Shown here: positions 18,584 through 27,626 of the stretch, piece after piece
Layout: each line of letters begins with the position of its first letter
Position numbering within the stretch: position 1 is the first letter of the stretch
Assembly (NCBI GenBank): GCA_013151235.1
Contig: JAADIO010000039.1
Location: 1-52,232 of the forward strand
Direction: 5' to 3'
Length of the DNA stretch: 52,232 bases
Source of the DNA: Deltaproteobacteria bacterium
Lineage (GTDB): Bacteria; CG2-30-53-67
Notes under the pieces: model-generated
What the model was told of the DNA's origin: nothing
Database searches by the model: none
What the model saw: only the letters and a program-made list of their open reading frames with translations
Program-made: the position numbers and the translations under genes

Positions 18584-20470
18584 TTATCCCCTGAGCGATT
18601 CCAGTACTTCCCAACGCTCATAGACCCCGGTCAGTTCATTGTCCAACGCCTCAAGTCTTGCCCTGGTTTCAGCCACCTTTTTGCCGCTTGATCGATAAAA
18701 GGCGGGATCCGCCAGACGGGTATGGATCTCTTCCCGTTCCGATTCAAGCGCCTCGATGCGCTCGGGAAGAGCTTCCAGCTCCTTTTGTTCCTTGAAGGTC
18801 AATTTCCGTTTTGAGGCCGAACGATCAGGGCGCCTGTCCTTTTTTTTCTCCTTGCCCGGAAGCACGGGAGCGGGCTCTTTTCTCTGTCTGAGCCAGTCGT
18901 CATAGCCGCCCACATATTCGTTCACACATCCTTCCCCTTCAAACACGAGCGTGCTGGTCACGACATTGTTGATGAATGCCCGGTCGTGGCTTACAAGAAG
19001 GACCGTTCCCGGGTAGTCCATCAGGAGTCCTTCAAGCAGATCCAGAGTCTCCATATCCAGATCGTTCGAGGGCTCATCGAGTACAAGCAGGTTTGACGGT
19101 TTCGTGAAAAGCTTGGCCAGCAACAGCCGGTTGCGCTCCCCTCCCGAGAGGACCTTCACCGGGCTCAGCGCACGCTCCGGAGGAAAAAGAAAATCCTGAA
19201 GATAACCGATCACATGACGCCGATTCCCGTAGAGGGTCACATAGTCGCTGCCGTCCGCCACATTATCCCGGACACTTTTTTCATCATTGAGGAGCGCCCG
19301 GTGCTGGTCGAGGTAGGCTGGTTGGAGTTTCGTGCCGTGCCGGATCGTCCCTTCCATCGGGATAAGTTGACCGAGCAATATCTTGAGCAACGTGGTCTTC
19401 CCCGCTCCGTTCGGTCCGATAATGCCGATCTTATCGCCGCGCAGGATCGTTGTTGAAAACCCCCGGATTGTATCAACCCCGCCATAGCTGTAACCCACGC
19501 CCTCCGCCTCAATTACGGTCCGCCCCGTCTGCTCCGCCTTCTGTATTTGCATCCGCACATTGCCGATTCCCTCGCGCCGCCCCGCCCGGATCCTGCGCAT
19601 TTCCTTGAGTGCGCGCACGCGGCCTTCATTGCGCGTCCTGCGCGCTTTCACCCCTTGCCGTATCCAGGCCTCCTCTGCAGCCAGCTTCTTGTCGAACTTG
19701 GCGTTTTCTGTGGCCTCCTCCGCCACTGCGGCCTCTTTGAGTTCCTGATAGATCTGATAATTTCCAGGCCAGTTCGTGAGGCGGCCGCGATCGAGGTCCA
19801 CGATCCGTGTCGCAAGCTTCCGGATCAACATTCGGTCGTGGGTGACAAACAGAAGTGCCCCGCCGAAAGAAAGCAGAAACTCCTCCAGCCACGCAATGGT
19901 ATCGATATCCAGATGATTCGTAGGCTCGTCCAGAAGCAAAAGGTCCGGCTCGCTGACCAAGGCCCGGGCAAGCAGGACCAGCCGCTTGCGGCCGCCGGAA
20001 AGCTCGGAGAACTCCGTATCGGCCGAAAGCTTAAGCCGCGAGAGCATCGTCTCGACGTGCGGTTCTATGTCCCAGCCGCCAGCCGCCTCCAACCGGTGCT
20101 GAACATTTTCAAAGGCGGTCATCAGCTTCTCGCTCTGATCCCGGCCCAGCCTGCCGCCCAGATTGTGATACTCGGCCAGCAGTTTTCCCTGCTTACCAAA
20201 CGCGTCCGCTACCACATCAAAAACGGTGCCGCAAAGCCCCCTTGGAACCTCCTGGGCAAGCCCGGTGATTGTCACCCCCTGCCGGAACACGATGCTGCCT
20301 TCATCCGGTTTGACTTCACGGGCGATCAGCCCCATAAGAGTCGATTTGCCTGTCCCGTTCCTCCCGACCAGGCAGACCCGTTCGCCCCGGTCGATAGAGA
20401 GATTAATACTCTCGAGAACGGGCAGCCCTCCAAAGCTGATTTTCACACCCTGCAAACTCACCAATGCCAT
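18584..20470 (-). CDS. uup: ABC-F family ATPase Uup
   Basis: Two ABC domains (GRNGTGKST, GPNGAGKTT), linker WIRQGVKARRTRNEGR, C-terminal KLTFKEQKELEALP coiled coil. Confidence 0.92.
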   Translation of the reverse strand: MALVSLQGVKISFGGLPVLESINLSIDRGERVCLVGRNGTGKSTLMGLIAREVKPDEGSIVFRQGVTITGLAQEVPRGLCGTVFDVVADAFGKQGKLLAEYHNLGGRLGRDQSEKLMTAFENVQHRLEAAGGWDIEPHVETMLSRLKLSADTEFSELSGGRKRLVLLARALVSEPDLLLLDEPTNHLDIDTIAWLEEFLLSFGGALLFVTHDRMLIRKLATRIVDLDRGRLTNWPGNYQIYQELKEAAVAEEATENAKFDKKLAAEEAWIRQGVKARRTRNEGRVRALKEMRRIRAGRREGIGNVRMQIQKAEQTGRTVIEAEGVGYSYGGVDTIRGFSTTILRGDKIGIIGPNGAGKTTLLKILLGQLIPMEGTIRHGTKLQPAYLDQHRALLNDEKSVRDNVADGSDYVTLYGNRRHVIGYLQDFLFPPERALSPVKVLSGGERNRLLLAKLFTKPSNLLVLDEPSNDLDMETLDLLEGLLMDYPGTVLLVSHDRAFINNVVTSTLVFEGEGCVNEYVGGYDDWLRQRKEPAPVLPGKEKKKDRRPDRSASKRKLTFKEQKELEALPERIEALESEREEIHTRLADPAFYRSSGKKVAETRARLEALDNELTGVYERWEVLESLRG

Positions 20471-20713
20471 AAAAACCTCTTTTGTTCACCGGAAAACATT
20501 CTGTGCGAAGCCTTCCGCTCTTTTCCGGCCTATCATGACGATCATTCATGCAATATCAGGGATAGAATCATAACAGAAATCACACATTTTGAACATTTGC
20601 ATTCAGTATGGAGGAGATCGCCCGAGATCAGCCTGCTTGTCGATTTGACAAAGCGGCCCCTCTCTGTCATTAATAGGGCTACCTTACTTTATAATGATAC
20701 TTGGGGAGAGGCC

Positions 20714-21031
20714 ATGGCGGAACATTTTCATATCGACGACATTGCAAGCTTCAGCACGGAAAAAATGACCGTTAAGATTACACACGATTCCATTAATTTT
20801 CGACAACTCCTTTTCTGTTTCATGGCCGGGCAGGAGCTTCCCGTCCATTCCCACGATGTTGACTCCGAGATCATCTTTGCAATTATGGACGGAGAAGGAA
20901 TCCTGATCGAAGAGGGCAAAGAAGTGGAGGTCAAAAAAGGCGATATCGTGATCGGACAGGTTCGGATTCCCCACGGTATCCGGGCTGTGAGCGATCTGAA
21001 GGTGCTGGTGACCATCACTCCGCCGTTGTAG
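20714..21031 (+). CDS. Small cupin-domain protein
   Basis: GQELPVHSH...E...GEG...KKGDIV...IPHGIRA; RBS ggag; forms the 3' end of the long 19547 ORF. Confidence 0.8.
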   Translation: MAEHFHIDDIASFSTEKMTVKITHDSINFRQLLFCFMAGQELPVHSHDVDSEIIFAIMDGEGILIEEGKEVEVKKGDIVIGQVRIPHGIRAVSDLKVLVTITPPL

Positions 21032-21064
21032 TCCAGGATGAAGTTCCAGTCTTTTTATCTGTAT

Positions 21065-21201
21065 ATGATGGTGTCGTAAAAAGTCAGTTCCCGGATACCG
21101 TTCATGGTTCGACAGGCTCACCACGAACGGAATATCAATCACTTACACCGTTCGCCCTGAGCGTGTCGAAGGGTCGAACGGACTTTTTACGACTTCATCA
21201 A
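21065..21201. repeat. Intact REP/MITE-like element: terminal inverted repeats around two REP-like hairpins
   Basis: atgatggtgtcgtaaaaagtc ... gactttttacgacttcatca ends; internal ccgttcatggttcgacaggctcaccacgaacgg and ccgttcgccctgagcgtgtcgaaggg. Confidence 0.85.
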
Positions 21202-21336
21202 TTTTGTTTTATTCGTATATTCTAATTTGCCGGGCTGTTGCCGTCTCCCCCTCCATGGATAATGCGTAATTTCCTTCTCTTTTCATAATGTTATGAGCCA
21301 CGAAGTTTTATATATCAAGTTCGGAATATTTAATTC

Positions 21337-21365
21337 TTGACAATTAAATAGTGAATTGCTAACTT
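21337..21365 (+). promoter_or_regulatory. Putative sigma70 promoter of the folE/Wood-Ljungdahl cluster
   Basis: TTGACA-17-TAACTT in an AT-rich stretch. Confidence 0.5.
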
Positions 21366-21537
21366 ACCATGCTCCGGGTAACGTTATTGTAAAACAGCGT
21401 TTGATTGCCGACGTCCTGCCTTATTGTAGTCCGAATCAGAGTCCTGAAGGTGGTTTGCAGGTATCTCAAGGCGAGACGAGAGGATCATCCGATCTTCATC
21501 TTGCTTTGCCGGAAGATGAAAAAACGCGGGTTACGAT

Positions 21538-22101
21538 ATGGATACCGACAAGATTGCGAAAGGGGTCCGGTTGATCCTGGAGGGGATTGGTGAGGATCCG
21601 GAACGTCCCGGTTTGAAAGAGACTCCTCGACGGGTTGCGGAGTTCTATGAGGAGATTTTCGGCGGGTTGACAGCCGACCTGTCGCAGGTGATCCGGCCGA
21701 TTGAAGGGGAGGCTCATAAAGAGATGGTCATGGTCCGGGATATTCCTTTCTACTCGGTCTGTGAACATCACCTTCTTCCCTTTATCGGAAAGGCCCATAT
21801 CGCCTATATCCCGGGGGAAGGAAAGATCGTCGGGTTTTCAGCCTTCACCCGGGCGCTGGATCTGCTGGCCCGAAGACCGCAGGTTCAGGAACGGTTGACC
21901 ACACAATTAGCCGACCTGATCGTGGCGAGTATCGACCCGCGGGGGGCCATGGTGGTGATTGAAGCGGAGCAGCTCTGTGTCTCCATGCGGGGCGTGAAGA
22001 AGGCCGGGGCGAAGACGATTACTTCGGCGGTACGGGGGATCTTTGAGACCCACGAGCGTACCCGGATCGAGATGCTGGAGTTGATGCGGAAAGGGCAATA
22101 G
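21538..22101 (+). CDS. folE: GTP cyclohydrolase I family protein with variant active site
   Basis: [38 protein letters not shown]; the usual GLSKxxR reads GFSAFTR and EAxHxC reads EAEQLC. Confidence 0.88.
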   Translation: MDTDKIAKGVRLILEGIGEDPERPGLKETPRRVAEFYEEIFGGLTADLSQVIRPIEGEAHKEMVMVRDIPFYSVCEHHLLPFIGKAHIAYIPGEGKIVGFSAFTRALDLLARRPQVQERLTTQLADLIVASIDPRGAMVVIEAEQLCVSMRGVKKAGAKTITSAVRGIFETHERTRIEMLELMRKGQ

Positions 22102-22140
22102 GAACCGTTGGTAACCTGAGGAGGAGAGGGAGCAGAGATT

Positions 22141-22854
22141 ATGATCGTACAAGAGACGAAACCGATTGAAACCATCAGGGAAATGCTCAAGGACGTGAAG
22201 AAGATCTTTCTCGTCGGCTGTGGAGACTGTGCAACGGTCTGTGAAGCGGGCGGACCCGATGATCTGAAACGGATGGAGGAGGCTCTCAAGGGGGAGGGGA
22301 TCGAGGTGACCGGGACGGTGATCCCCGATACGAGCTGTCATATCCCCGATGTAAAAAGTCAGATGAAGAAACATGCCGCAGAGGTTGAGGCGGCCGACGC
22401 AATCGGCGTGATGTCCTGCGGCGCCGGCGTACAGACCCTGGGGACCCTCTACGAAGAGATGCCGGTCTTTCCGATTAATAACGCCCTCTTCCTGGGGAAC
22501 ACGGAACGATTCGGCCAGCATGTGGAGTTCTGCTCCGCCTGTGGAGAATGCCGCATCGACAAGCTGGGTGCGATTTGCCCCATCACCCGCTGCTACAAGG
22601 GGATTTTGAACGGTCCCTGCGGCGGGGTGAATGACGGCATGTGCGAGATCGGAAATGATACACCCTGTGCCTGGGTCCTGGCCTATGAACGACTGGAGAA
22701 ACAGGGACGGCTCGATAACCTGAAGGATACATCCCCCCCCAAGCGATGGTCGGCGCACTTGAAACCGATGCGTCATCTGAATCCGACGCTCAAAAAGAAG
22801 ATGGAGGAGAAAGAGGCGAAGCGGAAGGCAAAGGAAGCGAAGAAGGCCGAATAA
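22141..22854 (+). CDS. metV: MetV, Fe-S subunit of methylene-THF reductase
   Basis: GCGDCATVC, CGAGVQ, CSACGEC, CPITRCYKGILNGPCGG, CAW; upstream of metF. Confidence 0.9.
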   Translation: MIVQETKPIETIREMLKDVKKIFLVGCGDCATVCEAGGPDDLKRMEEALKGEGIEVTGTVIPDTSCHIPDVKSQMKKHAAEVEAADAIGVMSCGAGVQTLGTLYEEMPVFPINNALFLGNTERFGQHVEFCSACGECRIDKLGAICPITRCYKGILNGPCGGVNDGMCEIGNDTPCAWVLAYERLEKQGRLDNLKDTSPPKRWSAHLKPMRHLNPTLKKKMEEKEAKRKAKEAKKAE

Positions 22855-22942
22855 AATCGCCACGAATAATTCGTGACATTCGTGGCTAAGAATTGGTTTA
22901 TGTGATTTGTAGCTGAATTTTTCAGGAGGAGAGGCGAGACCG

Positions 22943-23824
22943 ATGAAAAAAACTTTGAAAGAGGCCTTTGAAGCAGGAGAATTTGCCATCACCGGAGAAT
23001 GCGGGCCGCCCAAGGGGACGGAGATCGATCAGATGCTCCACCATGCCGAAGGGATGCTTGGATATGTCCATGGAATCAACGTGACCGATAACCAAAGTTC
23101 CGTCATGCGGATCGGTTCTCTTCCGGTCTGTCGGCTCTTGAAGGAGATGGGGCACGACCCGGTCTTCCAGATTACCGGCCGTGATCGTAACCGTCTGGCG
23201 ATCCAGTCCGATCTTCTGGGCGCCGAGGTTCTCGGGATCAACAATGTCCTCTGTCTCACCGGAGACGGTGTCCAGGCGGGGGATCACAAGGATGCCAAGC
23301 CGGTCTTCGATCTCGAATCGGTCCAGATTCTCCGGACCGTGGAGGCCTTGAACGGCGGGAAGGACCTGGCGGGAAATGAAATGAAAGGATCGACTTCCCT
23401 TTTTCCCGGGGCCGTGGTCACGCCGGAATCGAGACCGATTGAGCCGCAATTGATGAAATTTGAAAAGAAGATCAAGGCGGGGGCGAAATTTTTCCAGACC
23501 CAGGCGGTCTATGATGCCGAAAATTTCAAGGACTTCATGAAATTTGCCCGGCAGTACGATGTGAAAATCATGGCCGGCCTGGTCCTTTTGACCTCGGCGG
23601 GGATGGCGAACTACATGAACAAGTTCGTGCCCGGCGTGATGGTCCCCCGGAACCTTATCGACCGGATGAAGGAGGCCGGTAAGGAGAAGGCGATCGACAC
23701 CGGGATCGATATCATGTGTGAGTTCATCAACGAGACGAAGGATCTCTGCGACGGTGTCCATATCATGGCCATCGGGAAAGAGGAACTGGTGCCGGAAATT
23801 GTAAAGCGTGCAGGCCTGGCTTGA
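22943..23824 (+). CDS. metF: Methylenetetrahydrofolate reductase
   Basis: ECGPPKG, NVTDNQ, RDRNRLAIQSDLLGA, LCLTGD, GAKFFQTQ, GVHIMA. Confidence 0.93.
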   Translation: MKKTLKEAFEAGEFAITGECGPPKGTEIDQMLHHAEGMLGYVHGINVTDNQSSVMRIGSLPVCRLLKEMGHDPVFQITGRDRNRLAIQSDLLGAEVLGINNVLCLTGDGVQAGDHKDAKPVFDLESVQILRTVEALNGGKDLAGNEMKGSTSLFPGAVVTPESRPIEPQLMKFEKKIKAGAKFFQTQAVYDAENFKDFMKFARQYDVKIMAGLVLLTSAGMANYMNKFVPGVMVPRNLIDRMKEAGKEKAIDTGIDIMCEFINETKDLCDGVHIMAIGKEELVPEIVKRAGLA

Positions 23825-23830
23825 TAGAAT

Positions 23831-23894
23831 CGTTCAAACCGTTCAAATGGTTTCAACCGGTTAAACTGCTTGAACGGTTTAATCGGTTTGAACC
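23831..23894. repeat. Intergenic palindromic repeat with about 9-nt periodicity
   Basis: cgttcaaac/cgttcaaat...ttgaacg units; the 22-mer ggttaaactgcttgaacggttt recurs exactly at 28506-28527, and a related tract is at 36979-37014. Confidence 0.7.
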
Positions 23895-23909
23895 AAAAAG
23901 GTGTTAGGT

Positions 23910-24698
23910 ATGCCCGGAGTTACCCTCACCGATCTGGCAAAGAAGAAAGCCGAAGGCAAAAAGATCACCATGCTGACGGCCTATGACTTCCCTTTTGCCG
24001 CCCTGGTCGATCAGGCGGAGATCGACATGATCCTCGTGGGGGACTCCCTCGGTGTCGTGGTGCAGGGGAAGGAGAACACCCTCCCCGTCACCATGGACGA
24101 GATGATCTACCATACGGAGATGGTGGCCCGGGCCACGTCCCACTCCCTGGTCGTGGGGGACATGCCGTTTCTTTCCTACCAGGCGAGCCGGGAGGAGGCG
24201 GTTTTCAACGCAGGGCGCTTTCTCAAAGAGGCAGGCGCCCAAGCGGTGAAACTCGAGGGGGGGGCGGCGGTCGAAAAAACAATCGAGGCGATTGCCGCAG
24301 CCGAAATTCCCGTCATGGCCCATATCGGCCTGACCCCCCAGTCGGTCCACAAAATGGGCGGTTTCAAAGTCCAGAAGGAGATGGACCGTCTGGTGAAAGA
24401 TGCGAAGGTCGTGGAAAAGGCCGGGGCCTTTGCCGTGGTCCTCGAGTGTGTTCCCGGCGGGATTGCAAAGCAGATCACCCGGGAGATCTCGATTCCGACC
24501 ATCGGGATCGGCGCCGGTGTTGATTGTGACGGTCAGGTCCTGGTGCTTCATGATCTGCTCGGTCTTTTTGACCGCTTCGTTCCGAAGTTCATCAAGCGGT
24601 ATGCCGTCCTCGGCGAAGAAGCCCTGAAGGCCCTTCGGCAGTACAAGGAAGAGGTGGAGCAGGGAGTCTTCCCCGGAGAAGAGCATACCTTTAAATAG
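23910..24698 (+). CDS. panB: 3-methyl-2-oxobutanoate hydroxymethyltransferase
   Basis: [47 protein letters not shown]. Confidence 0.97.
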   Translation: MPGVTLTDLAKKKAEGKKITMLTAYDFPFAALVDQAEIDMILVGDSLGVVVQGKENTLPVTMDEMIYHTEMVARATSHSLVVGDMPFLSYQASREEAVFNAGRFLKEAGAQAVKLEGGAAVEKTIEAIAAAEIPVMAHIGLTPQSVHKMGGFKVQKEMDRLVKDAKVVEKAGAFAVVLECVPGGIAKQITREISIPTIGIGAGVDCDGQVLVLHDLLGLFDRFVPKFIKRYAVLGEEALKALRQYKEEVEQGVFPGEEHTFK

Positions 24699-24786
24699 CT
24701 TTCAGCCGTCAGTTGGAAACGGAAAGGCAAGTTCTTTTGGTTTTGCTGGTCGCTGAGCGCTGACAGCTGACTGCAGGGGAGTTGTT

Positions 24787-26559
24787 ATGGGACAGGCAAA
24801 ACTGCACGTGGAACTGTTACGCCATACGCCCCGTCCGGAAGAGGTGGTCGCTATGGGGGCCAAACTCTGTTATTCTCCGGCGAACATTGACGACCTGAAA
24901 GCGGGGATCGAAAGCAAGGACCAGTCGGCTTTTGTCGATAAACTTGTTTCCATGGGGCACATGTCGCCGGTGGAACATGTGACCTTTACCTTCGGGGTGG
25001 AAGGGATCTCCCGGGCCTGCTCGCACCAGATCGTCCGCCACCGGGTTGCCTCCTACTGTTTGAGCGGCGACACGGTCATAAAGGGAGCAAGGCAAAAATC
25101 AAGAGGCTACAAAAGGTTTACTGTCAAATCGCTTTTTGACAGGACTTTGTCTCCTCACGGCCGGTCGAGACTAAAGCTGATTCGGTTAAACAGCCTGGAT
25201 GAGGAGAAACAGGTATTCTCCAGAGGAAAAATTAAAGATATTTTTTACACCGGCAAAAACGAGGTGTGGGAGGTAAAGCTCAATAACGGCAGAACCATTA
25301 AAGCAACCCCCAACCACCGCTTTCTTACAAAAGAGGGCTGGCTACCCCTGAAAGATATTGCCAGGTTAAGGCCCAAACTGGCGGTGAACGGCGTTACCTG
25401 TAAAGCCCCGGAGTTTGCGCTTTTGAGGGATAAGATCTGGCTCTATGAAAGGTATAACTCTGAAAACCTGACCCAGGAGGAAATTGGGGAGTTGCTGGGC
25501 TGTTCAAAGCACACAGTCAGGTCTTGGATAAGACGCCATGGACTGCAAAAAGAGACGGGTGGGCTGCACGGGCATAGGCCAAGGACCGGTTACCATTGGA
25601 CGCTGAACCGCAAGCGAACTCCGGAAGAGCGGAGGCGGCTTTCCGAGCAAATGAAGGGTCTAGGCAATCCCCAGTGGAAGGGCGGGATAACGAGAGAAGC
25701 GGTCCGGCTTCGAAAGGAAATTTCTCCGGAACTTAGAAGATCGATTTATGAGCGGGATGGTTTCAAATGTAAACTTTGTCAGAAAACAGGCGGGCAATTA
25801 ACCCTGCACCATAAAATACCATTGTATGCCGATAAAACGAAGAACACGGCCCCTGAGAATCTCGTAACTCTTTGTCGGGAGTGTCACCGAAAAGTAAACA
25901 ACAACGAAAATGAATACGCCGGTTTGTTCGACACGGCGCCGGTCCCTTACCATTCGCGATCCAATGGGTGTTACCGTACGGTAAAATGGGAGGAAATAGA
26001 AAGCATAACCCCCAAGGGAATCGAAGAGACTTATGACATAGCAATGGACGGCCCGCATCACAATTTTGTTGCCAACGGTTTTGTGGTTCACAACTCCCAG
26101 CAGAGCCAGCGTTACGTGGGGGAACAGACGGCGAAACATGAAGGGGCGACTTTCGAGTACGTTATTCCTCCGAGCGTTGTGGATGCCGGACAGGCCGAAT
26201 GGTTTGAAGAAAAAATGCAGACGATCCAGGGGTGGTACGACGAACTGAATGCCGCACTCGGAGAGGCCGGGGAGAAGTCACAGGAAGATGCCCGTTTTCT
26301 TCTCCCCAATGCCGCCGAGACCAAGATCGTGATCACCATGAATGCAAGGGAGTTACTCCACTTTTTCCGGGTCCGATGTTGTAACCGGGCGCAGTGGGAG
26401 ATTCGGGCCATGGCCGAGCAGATGCTGGTCAAGCTCAAGGAGGCGGCGCCGAAACTCTTTGTCAATGCAGGTCCCGGTTGTGTTACCGGCAAGTGTCCCG
26501 AAGGGAAAATGACCTGCGGGAAGTCGGAAGAGATGCGGGAGAAATTCCTGAATATGTAA
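24787..26559 (+). CDS. thyX: FAD-dependent thymidylate synthase interrupted by an intein
   Basis: GHMSPVEH, ISRACSHQIVRHRVASY | intein | SQQSQRYV, EDARFLLP, MNARELLHF, RAQWEIR; spliced length 244 aa. Confidence 0.95.
   Translation: MGQAKLHVELLRHTPRPEEVVAMGAKLCYSPANIDDLKAGIESKDQSAFVDKLVSMGHMSPVEHVTFTFGVEGISRACSHQIVRHRVASYCLSGDTVIKGARQKSRGYKRFTVKSLFDRTLSPHGRSRLKLIRLNSLDEEKQVFSRGKIKDIFYTGKNEVWEVKLNNGRTIKATPNHRFLTKEGWLPLKDIARLRPKLAVNGVTCKAPEFALLRDKIWLYERYNSENLTQEEIGELLGCSKHTVRSWIRRHGLQKETGGLHGHRPRTGYHWTLNRKRTPEERRRLSEQMKGLGNPQWKGGITREAVRLRKEISPELRRSIYERDGFKCKLCQKTGGQLTLHHKIPLYADKTKNTAPENLVTLCRECHRKVNNNENEYAGLFDTAPVPYHSRSNGCYRTVKWEEIESITPKGIEETYDIAMDGPHHNFVANGFVVHNSQQSQRYVGEQTAKHEGATFEYVIPPSVVDAGQAEWFEEKMQTIQGWYDELNAALGEAGEKSQEDARFLLPNAAETKIVITMNARELLHFFRVRCCNRAQWEIRAMAEQMLVKLKEAAPKLFVNAGPGCVTGKCPEGKMTCGKSEEMREKFLNM
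25057..26094 (+). mobile_element. 346-aa intein with an HNH homing endonuclease
   Basis: Block A CLSGDT, block B IKATPNHRFLT, block F ETYDIAMDGPHHNFVANG, block G VVHN followed by Ser; internal CKLC...HH...NLVTLCRECH HNH domain; more AT-rich codon usage than the exteins. Confidence 0.93.
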
Positions 26560-26573
26560 AACGATAAGACCAT

Positions 26574-26827
26574 TCACCGCAGAGGCGCAGAGGACGCGGA
26601 GAAAAGCAAGGGCCAAAGGCCAAAGGCACAAAGGGAAAGGGAAGATCAAAACCAGAAAACATATAACCACGTAGAACACGGGGGGCACGGGGAAAAACGA
26701 TTTTAAGGGAAAAACAGAAACCATCTCTCGCAAAGCACGCAAAGGATGCCAGGAAATGCAGAACATGGAAAAGTCGGAAGTAAAGAGAGAGAAGGTGTTC
26801 TCTGCGACCTTTGCGTCTCTGCGGTGA
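26574..26827. repeat. Long-range inverted repeat enclosing a purine-rich tract of short periodic repeats
   Basis: 26574-26603 tcaccgcagaggcgcagaggacgcggagaa pairs with 26798-26827 (26 Watson-Crick pairs, 3 G-U, 1 mismatch). Confidence 0.75.
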
Positions 26828-26840
26828 GGAATTGTTTTAT

Positions 26841-27599
26841 ATGTCTTTCAGTATTGCTGTTGCCGGGAAGGGGGGGACCGGGAAAACCAGTTTGACGGGG
26901 CTTCTGATCCGTTACCTGATCCGCCGGGGAAAAAGTCCGGTGATGGTGATCGATGCCGATGCCAACGCCAACCTGAACGAGGTCTTGGGCGTTGCCGTCG
27001 AGAACACGATCGGAGAACTCCGGGAGGAGATCCTGCACCGGGACGGCGCGCAGCCGGGGGGGATGTCGAAAGAGGCCTATTTCGAGATGATGATCCATCA
27101 GGTGATCTCGGAAGAGGAGGGATTTGATCTTCTCGTGATGGGACGGCCCGAAGGTCCGGGGTGCTACTGCTTTGTCAACAACCTGATCCGGAGGTATTCG
27201 GACGAACTTTCGTCCAGGTATCCCTACATGGTGACGGACAACGAGGCGGGGTTGGAACACTTGAGCCGTCGTACAACCCACGACACCGACCTGCTGCTTT
27301 TGATGAGCGATGCTTCCAGACGGGGTGTCCAGGCCGCACACCGTGTCCAGGGGCTGGTCAATGAGTTGAAGCTCAATATTAAACGGACGGCGCTGATTCT
27401 CAACCGGGTGGAGGGTGAGCCCGACCCGGAGTTGTTGCGATATATCAAAGAGCAGGGCATGATCGTCGCCGGGGTGGTTCCCGCCGATCCGGCGATTACG
27501 GAATATGATGCCCGGGGGAAGCCGATCATTCAGTTGCCGGATGATTCCCCTGTGGTGGTCGCCTTCGAGAAGATTCTCGATTCCCTGGAGATCCGCTGA
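26841..27599 (+). CDS. cooC: CooC/AcsF nickel-insertion ATPase
   Basis: AGKGGTGKT, IDADANANL, GPGCYC, DNEAGLEHLSR. Confidence 0.93.
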   Translation: MSFSIAVAGKGGTGKTSLTGLLIRYLIRRGKSPVMVIDADANANLNEVLGVAVENTIGELREEILHRDGAQPGGMSKEAYFEMMIHQVISEEEGFDLLVMGRPEGPGCYCFVNNLIRRYSDELSSRYPYMVTDNEAGLEHLSRRTTHDTDLLLLMSDASRRGVQAAHRVQGLVNELKLNIKRTALILNRVEGEPDPELLRYIKEQGMIVAGVVPADPAITEYDARGKPIIQLPDDSPVVVAFEKILDSLEIR

Positions 27600-27626
27600 C
27601 GGGGGACCTGATCCGGAAGGGACGGC

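Noticed and set aside
19547-21031. 494-aa plus-strand ORF
   Set aside because: Most of it is the antisense shadow of uup; only 20714-21031 (cupin with its own RBS) is credible.
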